NCBI GenBank assembly: GCA_009602735.1
Contig: WELA01001807.1
Span: 1-64,000 of the forward strand
Length of the DNA: 64,000 nt
Source: Mesotaenium endlicherianum
Taxonomy: Eukaryota
Direction: 5' to 3'
Shown one piece after another: positions 34,801 to 48,200 of the stretch. How positions within the stretch are numbered: the stretch's first letter is position 1; each line of letters starts with the position of its first letter. The translations under genes and the position numbers were made by a program. The notes under the pieces were generated by a model. The model worked only from the letters and a program-made list of their open reading frames with translations. It ran no database searches and had not been told where the DNA came from.

Positions 34801-37800
34801 GCCAACCTGAGGAAGGATCTAACTTTTGAGACAGACTGTGGTCTTGGCCAGTCCCTTATGGTTTGGACTTCCTTAGAATCCACATTGATGCCTTCTGTAC
34901 TGACAACGTGTCCTAAGAAGTCAATGCTCTCCTTAAAGAAATCACACTTGCTCATCTTGGCATATAGTCGAGTCTTTCTTAGAGTGTCCGTTATTGTCTT
35001 CAAGTGCTCAGCAAGCTCAGTTTCATTTTTAGAGAAAATTAAAATTTCATCCTAAAAGACTTGCACAAACTTATCCAAGTAAGACCTGGACATGTCATTT
35101 ATAGCACCCATGAAGGTTGCAGGAGCATTAGTCAGTCCAAACGGCATCACATTTAACTCTTAGTGTCCATAACGTGTGCGGAAAGCAGTCTTGTGTTCAT
35201 CTCCCTCAGTAATTCTGATTTGATGATAACCACTCTTGACATCTATCTTACTGAACACTTTAGCACCAGATAGGGTATCAAGCAAGTCCTTGCTTCTGGG
35301 TAAAGCATACTTGTTCTAACTGTGATCACGGTAAGAGTTGTGAAATCCACACACATTCGCATATTGCTATCCTTCCTCTTAACAAATAGGATGGGTGCGC
35401 CATAAGGTGATTTACGGGGAGAAATATAACGATTTTTCTCCAGCTCTGCAATTTGTGTTTTTAACTCTTCACTCTCCACATAAGACAAGCCATATGTGCG
35501 TTGCCAAGGTGGTTGACACCCAGGTAATAGAACAATCTTCTGATTTACTTCCCTTTTAGGGGGCAATAATGGAGGCATGTTAAAAACATCAGTATATTGA
35601 GCAACAATTTTTGCAACAGTAGGGTGCTCCGGTGGGCTCACCTTTTTCTCCACCATTTCTTCGAGACACCTCTTTGAGCAATAAACAGAACATTTTGTCT
35701 TTATTCTGATCAACTTTGGATGAACTCCATTGCATTCAGCAATTTGCATCCTCCTGGAAGCCTCTTCGTTTCGTTCATTTGCCATCCATACAGGACAAGA
35801 GAAGGAGCACTGGTGGGTGCCAAGTTAGTCTGCCTATCACTGGCTCCTCTCACTTTAACCGTACCTCTGCTCCAACACACTTCAGCTTGATGTCTTTTAA
35901 GCCAGGACCTTCCTGGCACGATATCATAAAAGCGAGTGTCGAGTACCTCAAATGTAAACGTTACTGCGATGCCAAAACCCAATTGCACCTCAATAGGCTT
36001 GGTTATAACTCTACCCGGGATACTTGAGGCATACCCAAGAGATATTTTTCTATTCCCTTGGGTGACAGTAGGCAACCTTAGCTGTTAAAGTAAGTCCTTA
36101 TGGATAAAAGTATGTGACGTCCCTCCGTCAACAAATGCCCTCACCTTCTTGCCTGCAATTATACAATGCAGTAGGATAGGGTGGACTGACTTTTCCTGAC
36201 CTTCGCATTGTTCTACTGACTTAGCAAAGAAATGTTGGACATCAGGTGGAACAAGATCGTCCAGAGTGTGCAGTCTCTGAGATCTATACTGCTAATGGTC
36301 TCTTGTATCTGTTTGTCTGGCATGCATATTGAATCCAGTTCAGCTGGACCCATAATACCTGCTACGAGGGCAGCTAGTGACGACTTACTATCTCTAGCAT
36401 CCACACAGTCTGTAGATTGGATTATTGATTGTTGCTGTCTTTTAAACGCTCATCCTTTCTCACGACCTTTGGAAGGTGCTTTCTAGGACACTGCTCTGTG
36501 TAGTAGCCCAACGCCTGGCAATGGTAGCAGACAGAGTGTGCTGAGGTTGGTCTCGGCTTAGTCCTACCACCACCTCTTCCATAACCACCTCGAGAATAAC
36601 CACCTCTCCCTCTAGACTGCATAGCATTATACTCATACTCATCACTCTGATCGTCCTCAGCCTGATCTCCTTCAATTGCATAGTAGGCACCACGAGGCAT
36701 TTTGACAATCTTAGACACCAAAGCATTACTCCGGCGCTTGTGATTGAATTGTTGCAGATCCCGGGCATCCGCATCCTGGATCAAGTCAGCCAATTTCTTA
36801 TATTTGTTTTTCAGCTAAATGACCTGAGACCTCAGACTTCAAGCCATACCTGAATTATCGGCTGCTTCATTATGTTCTCCTGGAGCTTTTGAGCTTTTCA
36901 GCAACCAAAGTGGTCAACTTTAGTGTCAAGGAGATCATCGCATAGATAGCTTTCTCCTGCGAATTTATCACATCAAATTTCTCATGCAGCTTCTCAACAA
37001 ACTCTACCCAAGTGAAGTCACCGAGTTGTTGAGCCTTACGCTCTTCTTTCCAATACCGCCACCAGTTTGCTGCACTGCCTTTCAGTAGAGCACCAGTGTG
37101 CCTGAGCACCAGTGTGCCTGACTTTCTCATAGTCCTGCAGTTTTAGGTAGTTCTCCAGCCACTGCTCAACATCAGCGAGAAACTTAATCAGGTAGTACTT
37201 TTGTTTACCTCGAAGTCATAGTCCTGAGGAGGTTTTGGCTTAGGCTTACTTGGCCCTCTGCCACCACCACCAGTGGTTTGAGAACCCAGTGGTCTCTGTC
37301 ACGCAGCAATGCCATCATGATCCTTTTGTCCTCCTGTTGGGACTGATGCATGCTCGCCATTTGCGATTGCATCTAAACAAATAAGGCATCCAGATCAAAA
37401 TTCTGAGGTGGTAGCCCAGCAAACGCAGCAGCAGCAACATTTGCTCAGTTAGGAGGAGCTTCGGCATTCCCGATTGCTGCCGCTCCGACTATGCCTGTTG
37501 CGCTCAGTTGTCTGCGATTTTGATGGAGAGGTATGACAGTAGGCGCAGCAGGAGGTTGGTTTTGGAGATTGGCCCTTTCTGCCATCTGCTCTTCCACCGT
37601 CCTTTCGTCAGGGGCCCTCCTGTTCATTGCCTCTTTCTACCTCCTTGGCTAAGCGCTCATCCTCAACAAGCTGAGCTGCTATCGCAGCAAGAGCTGCTGC
37701 CTCCTCTGCAGCTTCTTTGGCTCCTGCATCATGCAACGTTTCTAAGTAGGTACGGGGTCCAAAGACGCGGCTTTCGTCTTGCCCTTCCTCAATGTTATCA

Positions 37801-38608
37801 TTGTCCTCACCCTCCATTTCACAAGAGTTGCTACCTTGAGACCTAGTCCTTACCATACAAGACAACTGTGATAACCAGCTCCAATACCATTGAAATGAAT
37901 CGACTTACCAATAGGCGATTAACAAATTAAAAAAAAATCTCTATATCAGCAAGCAATCTTTATAATATTTTCTGTTAACTTATTTAACAACAAGGACATT
38001 ATACTAGCGGTATACAATACTCATAAGTCAAATGCAAGTAAACGAGTATGAATAATGCAATCGGTAAACTCATACATAAGCAAGGTTAGAAGACAGTTCG
38101 CATCAATGGCTTCTCGCCTTGGACTCACATATCCTTCAGTAAGCGGTACAAGAGAGTTGGCCTTGTTTCCGAATGCCAAACTTGAGGGCCATACCTAGCA
38201 TATGTACATGGAATGAGTTTACTATTCAACGGCAAATGCGATGGCACCGCCTACCCGAGTGGTAACCACATCGGTAGGACCTCGGCTAACCAAATCCACA
38301 GCCATCTCCCATCATCCCGGATCGCCATCCACCTTCAGAGTGTCATCTGGCCACTCCTCTAGCATACAACACTTAGATGTATGATTGGGCAGTTCACTAC
38401 TACCGAGTACGCCAGTCAGCTGATTGTCAAAGAATGTGTCAACAAGCTGACCTAAGTTGACTCAGCCTGCTGCTGTAGGCTGAGTCATTAAATTGAACAT
38501 TACTAAATTCCAGCAGATTTAATGTTAACCAAAGTTCAACAAGTTGAATTTGTTAAACTATTATGTTTAAATGAATATTATATCTATCCAATACACTGAT
38601 TCATTACA
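31808..38608 (-). mobile_element. Family B chromovirus copy B2, 3'-truncated
   Basis: 5' LTR 37891-38608; PBS TGGTATTGGAGC 37878-37889; gag 37856-36422 with CYHCQALGYYTEQC; decayed pol to about 32610 with chromodomain; first third of ORF3. Confidence 0.95.
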
Positions 38609-38758
38609 CAAATATAGCTGCTCGTACATGGTCGTTGAAATTGGCCACATGTACACTTCACTTTTTTGCTTAAAAAAGATTGTCAAAAGACATTCGTGTG
38701 GAGATTGTTCGCACGACTTATAAGTTAGATAACTTAATGTGCCCGATGACACTCGCAG

Positions 38759-39508
38759 TGTAAGGTCATAAATATATAAAGTGCATTTTTGAGTTCCTTA
38801 AGATTAAGTTTGAAATGCATAGAGATATAGAGTGCAGTTTTGTGGTTATGTTGATATAAAGTTCATCGAATTTGGTTAAGTATTGAGAGAGTTATGGATT
38901 TCCAAAATTAGGTTTGAGGTTGGTTGACGACTGTTCTTAATTCGCGGTGAGCGCAACCGTCGGATTGACCAACATCGTCGAGCGATCTAGGCTGTTAGAG
39001 TGATTTTGAACCTTCACGTAATTTCGGCTGACGCGGAGTGCCGACCAGGTCGATTTACCTAGAAGTTTCGGATTAGCCTAGCGCGTCTAAGTTAGTATAT
39101 TCTAGATGTTTCGATGCATGCATGTGGATGTCAAATCGGCCCGACACGTCGGATGATGTTGTTCTGGCCTTCTCAAGAATATTATAGAAGGGACAATTTG
39201 ACGAACACTTAGCAAATTCCGTTGCTAAGCGGCCCTCCCGCCTAGGGACGAGTGGTCGTCGTAGAAAAATATAAATAGGCATAACTTCTCTGTTTCTCAT
39301 CAATTTTCACTTTTGTAAATTTCTACGAGTTTTTTATGACAAGGACTTCTATAATACATCATTTGGGAGCACTTTCTTGCCACTCACAATGTTGAGTAAT
39401 TTTCCTAAGCATTCTTAGTGGTATGTTGCTGCACTCCCGAGTATGATTGCAACTACTTATTTTCCTCGTGAGTCACTACGCTTCCACTAGGGCCCTCTGC
39501 CCCTTTCA
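38759..39508 (+). mobile_element. Family A solo LTR (750 bp)
   Basis: TGTAAGG...CCTTTCA; perfect TSD CGCAG (38754-38758 and 39509-39513); no PBS or PPT adjacent. Confidence 0.97.
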
Positions 39509-42500
39509 CGCAGTATAAAGTATACAGTGAGAAAGTAGCACAATAGGTCCAAGTTGAAAAAGTGGCAGAATCTGTGTATTTCTGTCCAGTTTGCACAAAT
39601 TGATAGTGAAACTGGTATAGCGGCGCAAAATGATGGTAAAAATGTATTTATCCAAATAAAAATCGTGGAGAATCCTACTAGATTAATAAGAATTACAATG
39701 GGAGAGGGTAACACTCAAAATATGTCTCGCAACTTGCTTCCTTCAAAGGGCCATCATGCATGTCAATTTGCGGGTCATACATTTTTCCAAGGGTTTGACC
39801 ATGTAAGAGGGCAGCGATGCATCTGTAGGTCCATAATCATGTGCTTATGCCATTCTTCATATGCCAGTCCACCATAAGAATTTCAAAAACCAAAATAAAG
39901 ATGTGTGCCAATAAAAAAAAATCTTTTTGTTCTTCAAATATATCCAATGTAGATAAGGGTGTCATCCTTTTGGAATTGTCAATGAAGCAACAAGACATTA
40001 TCAGTCAAAAATTGAACCTCATCAAAAAACCACAAGCTACGTGTCTGAGGCATCTCACCCAATCCTCTTAAGGAAATTTGCCCAATTAACCTTCTCATCA
40101 GTGAGGGACAGTCTGAAAAGGTTATAAAAGGCCATGTACATATTGGACCTCTCCACTGCTTAATCATTTTAAACATTTGATTAGGTTTGGTGCAATTGAT
40201 GCACATGGAAAGTCGCCCCAAAACTCAATTCACGCCCGTCTATGCTCCCTTGCATAAGCAAATTTGTAACCCCTCTGTGGGCCAAAGCGTAGACAAACGC
40301 GACGTGGATGTGGAAGAAATATGCTTTTAAAGCGTAGAATTAGGTGAAAGAATAACCGATGGTGGAAGACAAAGATAATGTATACCAAATGTAGAAGATT
40401 CTGTGCCAAAGAGTACATTGTAATAAAAATCATTTGAGATGGCTACGTATAGCAAGTGTGTTTGAAAATGGTTATAGCCAATTTACCATTTTATTGTGCT
40501 TGGTGCATCATTTAATCTGCTATGCATGCAAATAATGTTATTGTGGACTTATAAGTCCAAGATAGTTTAATATCGACTCTTAGTTGAATTTTGGTTTGAA
40601 GTTTAGTCCAAGTCGTCAGCCCATGCGGCGGACCTAACATGCCCGTCCCCCGTGGCCCAGTCCTTTTTGTCAATGGAAAAGTTCGGAAGGGAATCCTTCC
40701 ATGTCCTCGCTTCCCGCTTGTCATTTGTTGGTCGAGAGGACGTTACATAGTCTTTTGTGTGCCGTTCGGGCTCACAATCACCATCTAGCAGCACGGGTAC
40801 ACCCGTGACCATTTTGTCAATTTTTAGGAGTCCGATGCAGGTCTCTCGATTCAACAAAATTCAAGGATTTTAGAACCATCCCCCGGTCGACGATCAGAGT
40901 TTCGGACAGTTACGGACATCCGACAAAATCAGACATTTTTTTCTAGCATTCTTGTTCAACATGATAACATCCCACGGCGTTATCTATGTAAAGATTGCAA
41001 AAAAATTAAGGTTTTATGCGACATCCGCTAAAAAGCATTAGGATTTTATACAACATCCTTCGCTAAGTTTCTCGCCCTACGAAGGACGAGAAAGCAAATG
41101 GCGAAGAGATGGGGAGATGTGCATAATCGCCTTAGCGATCCTGAATAAAAACCTCCATAATTAAACCTTTTGTCTTGTAAGGGACAAGGCCCCTGAGTGT
41201 TCCTACAAACATTTTTTGTTTCGCGCTTGATATTAACAAAAAATGGATTTTCACATGGTCGTGTCTTGACGCGATATTTGTGACGAAGAAAAAAAAAGTC
41301 GAGACGGATTTGAATGAAGTAAACTGTATCATAATATTTTCAAAAGTCACCTTACCCTCAACGACTTTTCCCGTAATGAAAAGGGTCGGCGGGGCACGAC
41401 ATTTCATATATTGTCTTCAATCCTCCATATGCTATTTTCCTATTGACAAAAAACGTCATTTTTGCACCTAAAAAATGAACTCTTACTCTGGGACAAAGAT
41501 GTGGTGTAAGTAATTACTTTGAGAGTCCATCTTTGCCCAATCTTTGGCCCATTTCTATGCCTTCATTTACTTAGCTATTTCCCCCCCGGACCGATTTTAG
41601 AATGTGAATTTATTACCAATTCATGCGTTGAAACACTATAAAAATAATCTTTGGGGTACTTATTCCTTTTGTCTGTAGCATCGCGACTGGTGACCAAAAC
41701 TTGTTGACTATATAGACCAAGCTTTTTGCAATCTACCCAAGTTTGATATGGAATCTCACAAATCTCACCTCCTTTTTGAGCTCTCATCGTTTACAAAGTC
41801 TTGCAGCCGTTTCTCTTTTGACATCTGCTCTTCCTACAGATTGTGAGGCAAATCTAAAGATTCAGTTCTTGGTGGACTTTCATTTACGCCAAAATCTTGC
41901 AAGATGGTATGATTTAACACTCCTTATACATAAACAACTCAATTTTGCATCTCCCCTCTTCAGAGTTGGTCAATACGTGTCTTGCAGTTTCTAGGAGGTT
42001 GTTGTTTACCTGAGAACCAAGTCAATGAATTTCCTCAAAAGTAGTGCAGAAGTGGCTATACTTTCAGGCGGACCTTTTGTTCATGTTGACAGGTCACATG
42101 AACTGTTGTTTGCAAAAATCAATTACAAGCAGTGCGAGAATCATTGAATATCAAAGAAAGTCGTCGTTTCAAACTTTCATTTTACTTTTATTGAAGTACA
42201 AGCTTACCCAACTTTAAGACTCACAGCAACCCATTGGTGATTGGCCGGAACTTCTATACTGTTAGTCACACTCATCGATCTTTCTTTGTAGGCCTTTTTC
42301 TTTCTCAATTCTTCATTGAGACAATTTTAGCATCTGCTTCTCGCTAAGAGATTATAAAAACTTGAATTTTGACCCTTGTGTCATCATTTTAGCGTTCTTC
42401 ACACGTTGATGTTCTTTCTAGTTTCATATCAAGATTTTCACAGCACATCAAATTTGCCAACCCTAGCCTTTCAAAGAGTAGAAAGTCTTGCCTTGGATAA

Positions 42501-43320
42501 CCTCGAGCGCTAGCCTATCTGATTTCCAATTGCAAAAGCGATAGGAAATCTCAAAAGATTCAACAAAAGCGTGGTTCTCCGGCTTCTTATGATCTTGGAA
42601 TTGCCGTTCTTGCCTTATTGCTCTTCTTTTCTTCTTCTTCCTTCTTCGCGCAGAAAATGAATCATATTTCGTGCGCGCTTGTGTCTTTGTCTAAGTTGGC
42701 ACAGGCAGGCATTTTCGAAGTCGTCTTGACCCAAATGTGCACACACTCGTGTCACAAAGCCTTCTTTGGCAGCAAAGTTGTGTCATGCGTGACTCGTTCG
42801 TCCCTGGTGACGCAATCGAGCGCATGCAGCATCTTTCTACGATTTGTGACAAACCCATTGTGGCGATTCCTTGTGTGACTGCCAGTGGGCCAAGTCCAAT
42901 ATGGTTGTCCACATCACGCCCTTCAAGTTGTCAGACCTGTCATTGCCAATTTTGGCCCAACTACAAATGGACCAAGTTCAGCATGGCTTGTCCACATCAC
43001 CTATTCCAAGGTCGCAAGCTTGCTATTTGTACACGTCATAATTACCGCATGACAACGTCAAGTGAGGACGGATGCCAAGTTATGCCCAACTTAGTCATGA
43101 TAACCTTGCTCGAACTTCTGAGGTCAACATAGACTCCACATCGTACTCTGACTTACTGCAACTCCAGCTGCGCGTGTGCCAGACCGACACTGATCTACAG
43201 TCGGAACACGCACAAGGCATAAACCTCAATAAACTTTCATTGACTTGCATGAACTAGCTTGAACTAGCCTGGTACACGTACTGTTATACACTACACTACA
43301 TACTCGTTCAATGTTATCGT

Positions 43321-43906
43321 CCCCTCACAGACCCGCCGAACGATCGCGACAAATTAAGGCGTCAAAACAGCGCGAACGTCGTCGACGCTCAAAGTCGCCG
43401 CTAACGACCCTCCCTCCCTCCCTCCCTCCACCATGCCTCCTCCCCCTTAACACCCCTCTCTCTCTAACACCCTCATAACTGGCAGGCGGCCATGGCCATG
43501 CCTGCAACGACGAACGGCCATGGCTGCCCAGCAGCAGGCGCTCCCGACCTTTCCACCCCACGAACCCTCCTAGCAAGGAAGAGCGCCCTCTCCCACGACC
43601 CCATGGCGGGCTACCTCGCGGCCCAGGCGAGGCTCCGCCTCGCTCCTCCTCGCCATGGCCGCTCACGAAAAGCGCCCTAAGGACGCACTCCCTAAGTGAA
43701 AGCGAAGAGGAATAAGTTATGGCCAAGCCCTAATTTATGGTGGTCGCGAAAGGGCGGGCCGCGCTGGGGCCGCACAGAGAAAGCGACGAACGCTTTCGCG
43801 TGGCAAATCTCCGATTTCGAACGCGTACAGGCCAGCGCTCACACGAGCGAGGGCCCTTTCTGATTTCCCCCTCACAAGAGTTACGTCACACGTGAGGGGC
43901 GCCTTA
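43321..43906 (+). repeat. GC-rich ~590-bp interspersed repeat (CCTCAC family), reference copy
   Basis: Colinear with 56831-57418 and 57485-58042; starts CCCCTCAC, internal (CCCT)n tract, ends in hairpin CCCCTCAC...GTGAGGGG followed by CGCCTTA. Confidence 0.85.
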
Positions 43907-45213
43907 AACTACCATACATACTAGCCTGCATGAACTGGCCCTGAACTGACCTGTTTGATGAAGCGCACTTCGACGCCACGTCGACATCCTCAGGGAGTTC
44001 TGTTTGTGCCGTAGCCAGACAATGCCGGTGTTCGCCGTCAGTACGAGTTGACGCCGTTAACCACCAATAAACAGCCCTAAATACGAGGCCACGCCCCTGA
44101 TGTGGAGAGAGAGGATAGAAGGGATGTCCAAAAGTGCTCGAACAGGCGTTCAAAATAAGATAGATGGGTCCGCACCAGTCCGCACCCTTCCAGTTTCATG
44201 TCGGCACTGAAGACTGCAGTGAGAATGCTAGTCATTGGCAACGACTGAGCAATCGAACGCTTGCAACATGTTTGATTCTTAGATAATTCGTCGTCTGAAG
44301 GCCATGACATTTCCGACTGCACTGCAGCTCCAATGAGCACTTGCTTCTTCTCCGACAGGTATACCTTACATGGGCAGAGGCATGAATGAGCAAGTATAGT
44401 GCTGTTTTAGTTTGACATTGCCGAGGTTAGGAATTGTTATCTCTTCGTAGCTACCCAGGAAGTGTCAGACGTTAATTTCAAGCTTTAGTACTACCTCTTA
44501 CTTAGTTAATAGCTCCATTTCTTCCGTTTCCTCGTACGGGGTCTTCGAACTCGGCAAACTGTGTGTCTCTTTGTCGACTGAAGAGAAATTGTGCGCTGAC
44601 TGATAGAGCCTCCAACTGGGAACAAGTGCTCACAATTCCATGACTCTCACGACAAGGATGACGTGAGTGCTAGGCTGGCACCTACATTACAATTATATGT
44701 AAAGCCGAAAGCTTTTGTGGATGACCGCGAATGCGATGCATATTAGTTCCTTCGTTCAATCAAGCATCTCATAACCTGACCAAGTGAAGAACATTCTACA
44801 CATTGTCAAACGTGAGCTACTTACATGGGACGCTCTGAGCTTGTGGTAGTTTCACTGGGGATTAGTATCCAAGGACCATTGGACTGACATGAAAAGGCCA
44901 ACAGCACGTGAATCAAGATAGGCTAAGCTGTTCCAAGTGTAAATGCCATTGAAAGAAGTTATGTTCTACCTTACATTTGCGCCATTGTCAGTCAATCAGG
45001 CAGCATGGGCTGTTGAAGTACTTCCTGAAGTAACGTTCACACTATACTTTATGAAAACTTCCTATATGCTACTTCAGTTGTGGCCATAACTGGGGCATAT
45101 ACATGGGCGGGAGCACCTCCTTCACGAGGTCTCATCACGAACGACCATCAAGCCCCAGCTCAAGAACCTCACTGAATCTACAGCTGACATCATCTCTCAC
45201 CTCAAATCAGTGC

Positions 45214-48200
45214 ATGCCAACTTCAACTTCGAGACAGACTCCACTGCGAGCTATCTTCATTATTCTTACCATACCTCTCTGCCTTCCAATTCCAGCTTCA
45301 TATCTGGTGGCAGGAGCTGCTGCTACTGCGCATGCCCAACCAACCATACATGCTGTCAACCTCAATGGCCCGATCATCCTGCCCCTGAGACACAAGGGAG
45401 GTGTGCATACGCAAGAGCAACATCTGCTAGATCGCCCAGCCACGGTCGAGCAACTGGGGTACATCCCTTGGGTCGAATATGAGGCAACAGTTGCAAGGGA
45501 CAAAGCGAGGCTGACAGGCAGGCAATTGCAGCAGCAAGGAAATGGGGTGGAGCTGGGCCTCCGGGGGAACGCTGACCCTCAAGAGGCTGGGTAAGCTTTT
45601 GTTGCAGCGATAATACAAGCAAAGGACATGTATCTATCAAGGAAGAAGGGTACCAACAGAAGTCCCTTGAGAATCAATCTTGCTTCTTCTCCGAGCGCAA
45701 CGCATGTCGATAGCCCCACTGCACATTGTTTTTAAGGAAATCGATGAAGTCTTGTCGCCACCGTGGACTTACTCTTGAAGACCCTCAGTTGCGCGGAAGT
45801 GCCTGTTGCTTAGCATTCCATTGAAAGGATGATGCTACACTCATTGTAGAATTCATGAACGTTCGATCCGGCAATGTGTGTGCACACCATAAGGGAAGAT
45901 CCTCAAGGCGGTCAAGGAGGAGCTCTTCTCTACTGCAATTCCACAAGCATCATTGGCATCCGTGGCTTTTCATTCTAGTGCTGGGATAGGCTGGTGCGTG
46001 ATGATGTCTTGCCGCTCCCTCACTTGACTGCATGCTCGCCCATTTGTGGCCCCCCTTGACAATGGGCAGCTTGTACTACACAACAGTGCACATAGGGACG
46101 CCTCCGCAGGAGTTCAACGTGCAGGTGGACACGGGGAGTGACCTGCTGTGGGTCACGTGCCTGCCGTGCCTCTCATGCCCCACCTCCAGCAACATTGCAG
46201 TAAGTCTATGCCCAGCTGGCTGCTTGCATCTGCAGCGTCTCTGATCCCTGTTGCTTTGCGCCTCCAGGAAGGAGACGTGCAGCTTACAGCTGCCTAATTG
46301 CTTGCACAAGTATCTCCAGCCCTGTAGGAATGCAAAACTTGCTTGCGCCAAAGATGCTGCCCCGGAAGTGAGCACATCAACGTCAGGCTTGGTGCTGGCA
46401 GGATGCGGAGTGAAGCTGATTCAGTATGCTGGACCCAGCGCTGCTGCTGCTTCGGCTGCTGGCGCTCTCGCAGGTGCATGTATCTCACAGCTGCTGCTGG
46501 TTCTTGTGTGTGTGCACGAGCCTCCAGCCCCTACACGCGCCGTTCTCGCGGACGGACTCGAGCACCAACAAGGTGGCGACATGTGGCACGCCCAGCTGCC
46601 CCACGTTCCGTGTAGTGGACAACGTGGCGCAGGGATGCGCCAAGGGGTCGGGATCGCGCGACTGCCACTACATCCTGCAGTACGCGGACGGCAGCTCCTC
46701 CCTGGGCCTCCTCATGTCCGACCTCGTCGCGCTTGCCGGCACGTCCGCGCCCGCCATCACTTTCGGGTGAGCCTCGCCTGCTGCCCTGCCACCCGTCACG
46801 ATGGCGGCGACGACCGCGGCCCTTGGTACACCCCCCCCCCAGCAAGAACCTTGCACTTTGGACTCTGCTCGTCATAGGTTGGAATCGGATGCTCCGTTCT
46901 GAATATATTGGAGGTTGTTAAGCTAAAGAAGACCAATCTAGTGACGCCGGCACTAACACGCCTCCAGCGTGCTTACATAGTAGCAGCGCACCCGCATCCT
47001 GAATGCTCTCGCCTTCCTCAGCCCCCTCCTCGTCCTCCTCTTCCTGGGGGTGGGGAGATGCAGGTGCGGCTTCAACCAGTCGGGCAACCTCGTGCACGGC
47101 GGGCAGACGGTGGACGGCGTGCTGGGGCTGGGGCGCGGCTCCTCCTCGCTCCTCACACAGCTCACTCGTCGCGGCCTGCTGCCCAACGCCTTCGCGCACT
47201 GCCTAGGGGGCCAGGCGGGTGGCGGCGCCCTGGTGCTGGGCCGCGTCGCGGCCGATGCTGGCATGCACTACACGCCTTTGCTCTCTGACCCCTCTGGGTG
47301 AGTCGCCAGCTGGCACCTGCGAGCTGCCTCCTGCTCGTGCACGCCCACCTCGCATGCTGCGTGCGTGTGTGCTATCTCTTATGATCTCAATTTTCTTTCT
47401 CTCCTCGGGGCTGCCAGAGGGCAGTCCCTGTGGAGTGGAGCAGCCACATTGCACGCTGCCTCTCATGCCGCTCCAGGTATTGGACTTGCTGACGTGAGAG
47501 GGCCACAGTCACGACTGCATCATGCGTGTCGGCTTCTGGGGCACGTGATGCTTCTGGATCACTGTAACGTTTCAAAAAAGTCGCGTCCGGTGCCAGCTGG
47601 CATGTATCTGCAATAGGAAGAAGCCAGTGCCTCCATGTCAGCTGCCCCTGTGAAACTTTTGGTCATTGAGACGAACTCTATAGCTGATCCACCCATGCGC
47701 GGGCACGTTGGCATGGGCGGGCACGCGGGGAGGGAGCGCAGCACACAGTACCACGCGGGGCTGCGCAGCATTTTAGTCAGCGGGATGGCCCTGGAGCTGC
47801 CAGCTGGTGTGTTTGACGGCGGCACCATCCTGGACTCCGGCACGTCGCTGGCGTTCCTCGTGGATGCCGCCTTCCAGCCCTTCACCGCTGCCGTAAGTGC
47901 CCCTCCCTCTCCCCTTCCTTCCCCCCCTCCACCTTTCCTCTGTTTCTCCTGCCCCTGAGACGTCTGGTCTGCTTGCAACTGGATGGTTGTGCTACACCAG
48001 GAGCAGCCAGGCTCGTTGGCAGTCGAGGGGGCAGCAGAGGCCGTGCTCGTTCTCGTTGGTTGGAGGGGCTGAGTACGCCGCTAGTATGCATCCTCTCCAT
48101 TCTCTCTATCTCTCTTTCTCTCCCTCCCACCCNNNNNNNNNNNNNNNNNNNNNNNNNNNNNNNNNNNNNNNNNNNNNNNNNNNNNNNNNNNNNNNNNNNN

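Noticed and set aside
20300..38608. One family-B element with A2 simply nested inside it
   Set aside because: pol occurs twice, A2 flanks come from different parts of B, and neither pair of flanks forms a TSD
44077..44340. 87-aa minus-strand ORF upstream of the protease
   Set aside because: No recognisable motif or convincing splice partners
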